Shown here: piece after piece, positions 34,894 to 35,122 of the stretch | Numbering within the stretch: position 1 is the stretch's first letter | How the letters are laid out: each line of letters begins with the position of its first letter | Source: Candidatus Methylomirabilota bacterium | GTDB lineage: Bacteria; Methylomirabilota; Methylomirabilia; Rokubacteriales; CSP1-6 | Reading direction: 5' to 3' | Assembly: GCA_046726415.1 (NCBI GenBank) | Contig: JBKPAK010000233.1 | Coordinates: 1-35,122 of the forward strand | Length of the DNA stretch: 35,122 nt | Translations under genes and position numbers: made by a program | The notes under the pieces: model-generated | Seen by the model: the letters and a program-made list of their open reading frames with translations, nothing else | Told to the model about the DNA's origin: nothing | Database searches by the model: none

Positions 34894-35122
34894 CGAGGTG
34901 TCTCCTCAGCGCTGCCGTGTGCTCAACACCCGCGCGCATACCCGGGCCGCCAGGGGTCGATGCGAGTCGCTGCAGTCTCTCGGCCGCCTTTCGGGGACCT
35001 GGGCAATCCAACCAGAGTCTAGCGAAGAGCGCTCGCCGCGGCAAGGATTTACCTGGCACAAGCCATTATGGCTCGAGCGCGGCGTCGGTCAGGAGCTCGA
35101 CGAAGCGGGCGGCGGTTGCCGT

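Noticed and set aside
7000-35022. Many long antisense or alternate-frame ORFs (e.g. 8615..9817, 19808..21088, 24190..25677, 33257..34621, 33802..35022)
   Set aside because: Shadow ORFs expected in high-GC DNA; they overlap well-supported genes and carry no recognisable motifs.
34894-35122. Riboswitch or sigma-54 promoter upstream of korA
   Set aside because: No riboswitch consensus recognised; TGGCAC near 35054 points away from korA and lacks a correctly spaced TTGC.

Overview
High-GC bacterial DNA, tentatively Candidatus Rokubacteria/Methylomirabilota judged from gene content and repeat style, which cannot be confirmed here. Three parts. (1) Bases 1-411 are the middle of a comM/yifB gene that breaks off at ...GQAHAKRAL, just before the Walker A region. 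(2) About 412-6330 is a minus-strand, capsid-less and integrase-less phage-satellite (PICI-like) element or remnant. It carries an att-arm-like repeat cluster, a disrupted regulator-like gene, two excisionase-like HTH genes, an OB-fold-like gene, a DUF3854-like TOPRIM primase, a DUF3987/YfjI-like helicase, a candidate iteron origin, a palindrome, a cos-like region and a P27-type small terminase. (3) From 6427 on is host chromosome. It starts with a peroxiredoxin split in the ORF track by an in-frame TGA at the catalytic position (probable selenoprotein with a candidate SECIS). Next come an archaeal-type UPF0282 hydrolase, SDR, F420-type LLM oxidoreductase, ATL, a heterodimeric ABC exporter, corA, suhB, DUF1285, a MEMO1-family protein with an N-terminal extension, an M20 peptidase, an orphan GroES-like protein, rmuC, TIGR02757, nadX and trxB. 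It ends with korAB followed by a coupled glcDEF-cupin-lutABC-DUF2203-HAD run. All family calls come from motif recognition by eye; no searches were run.
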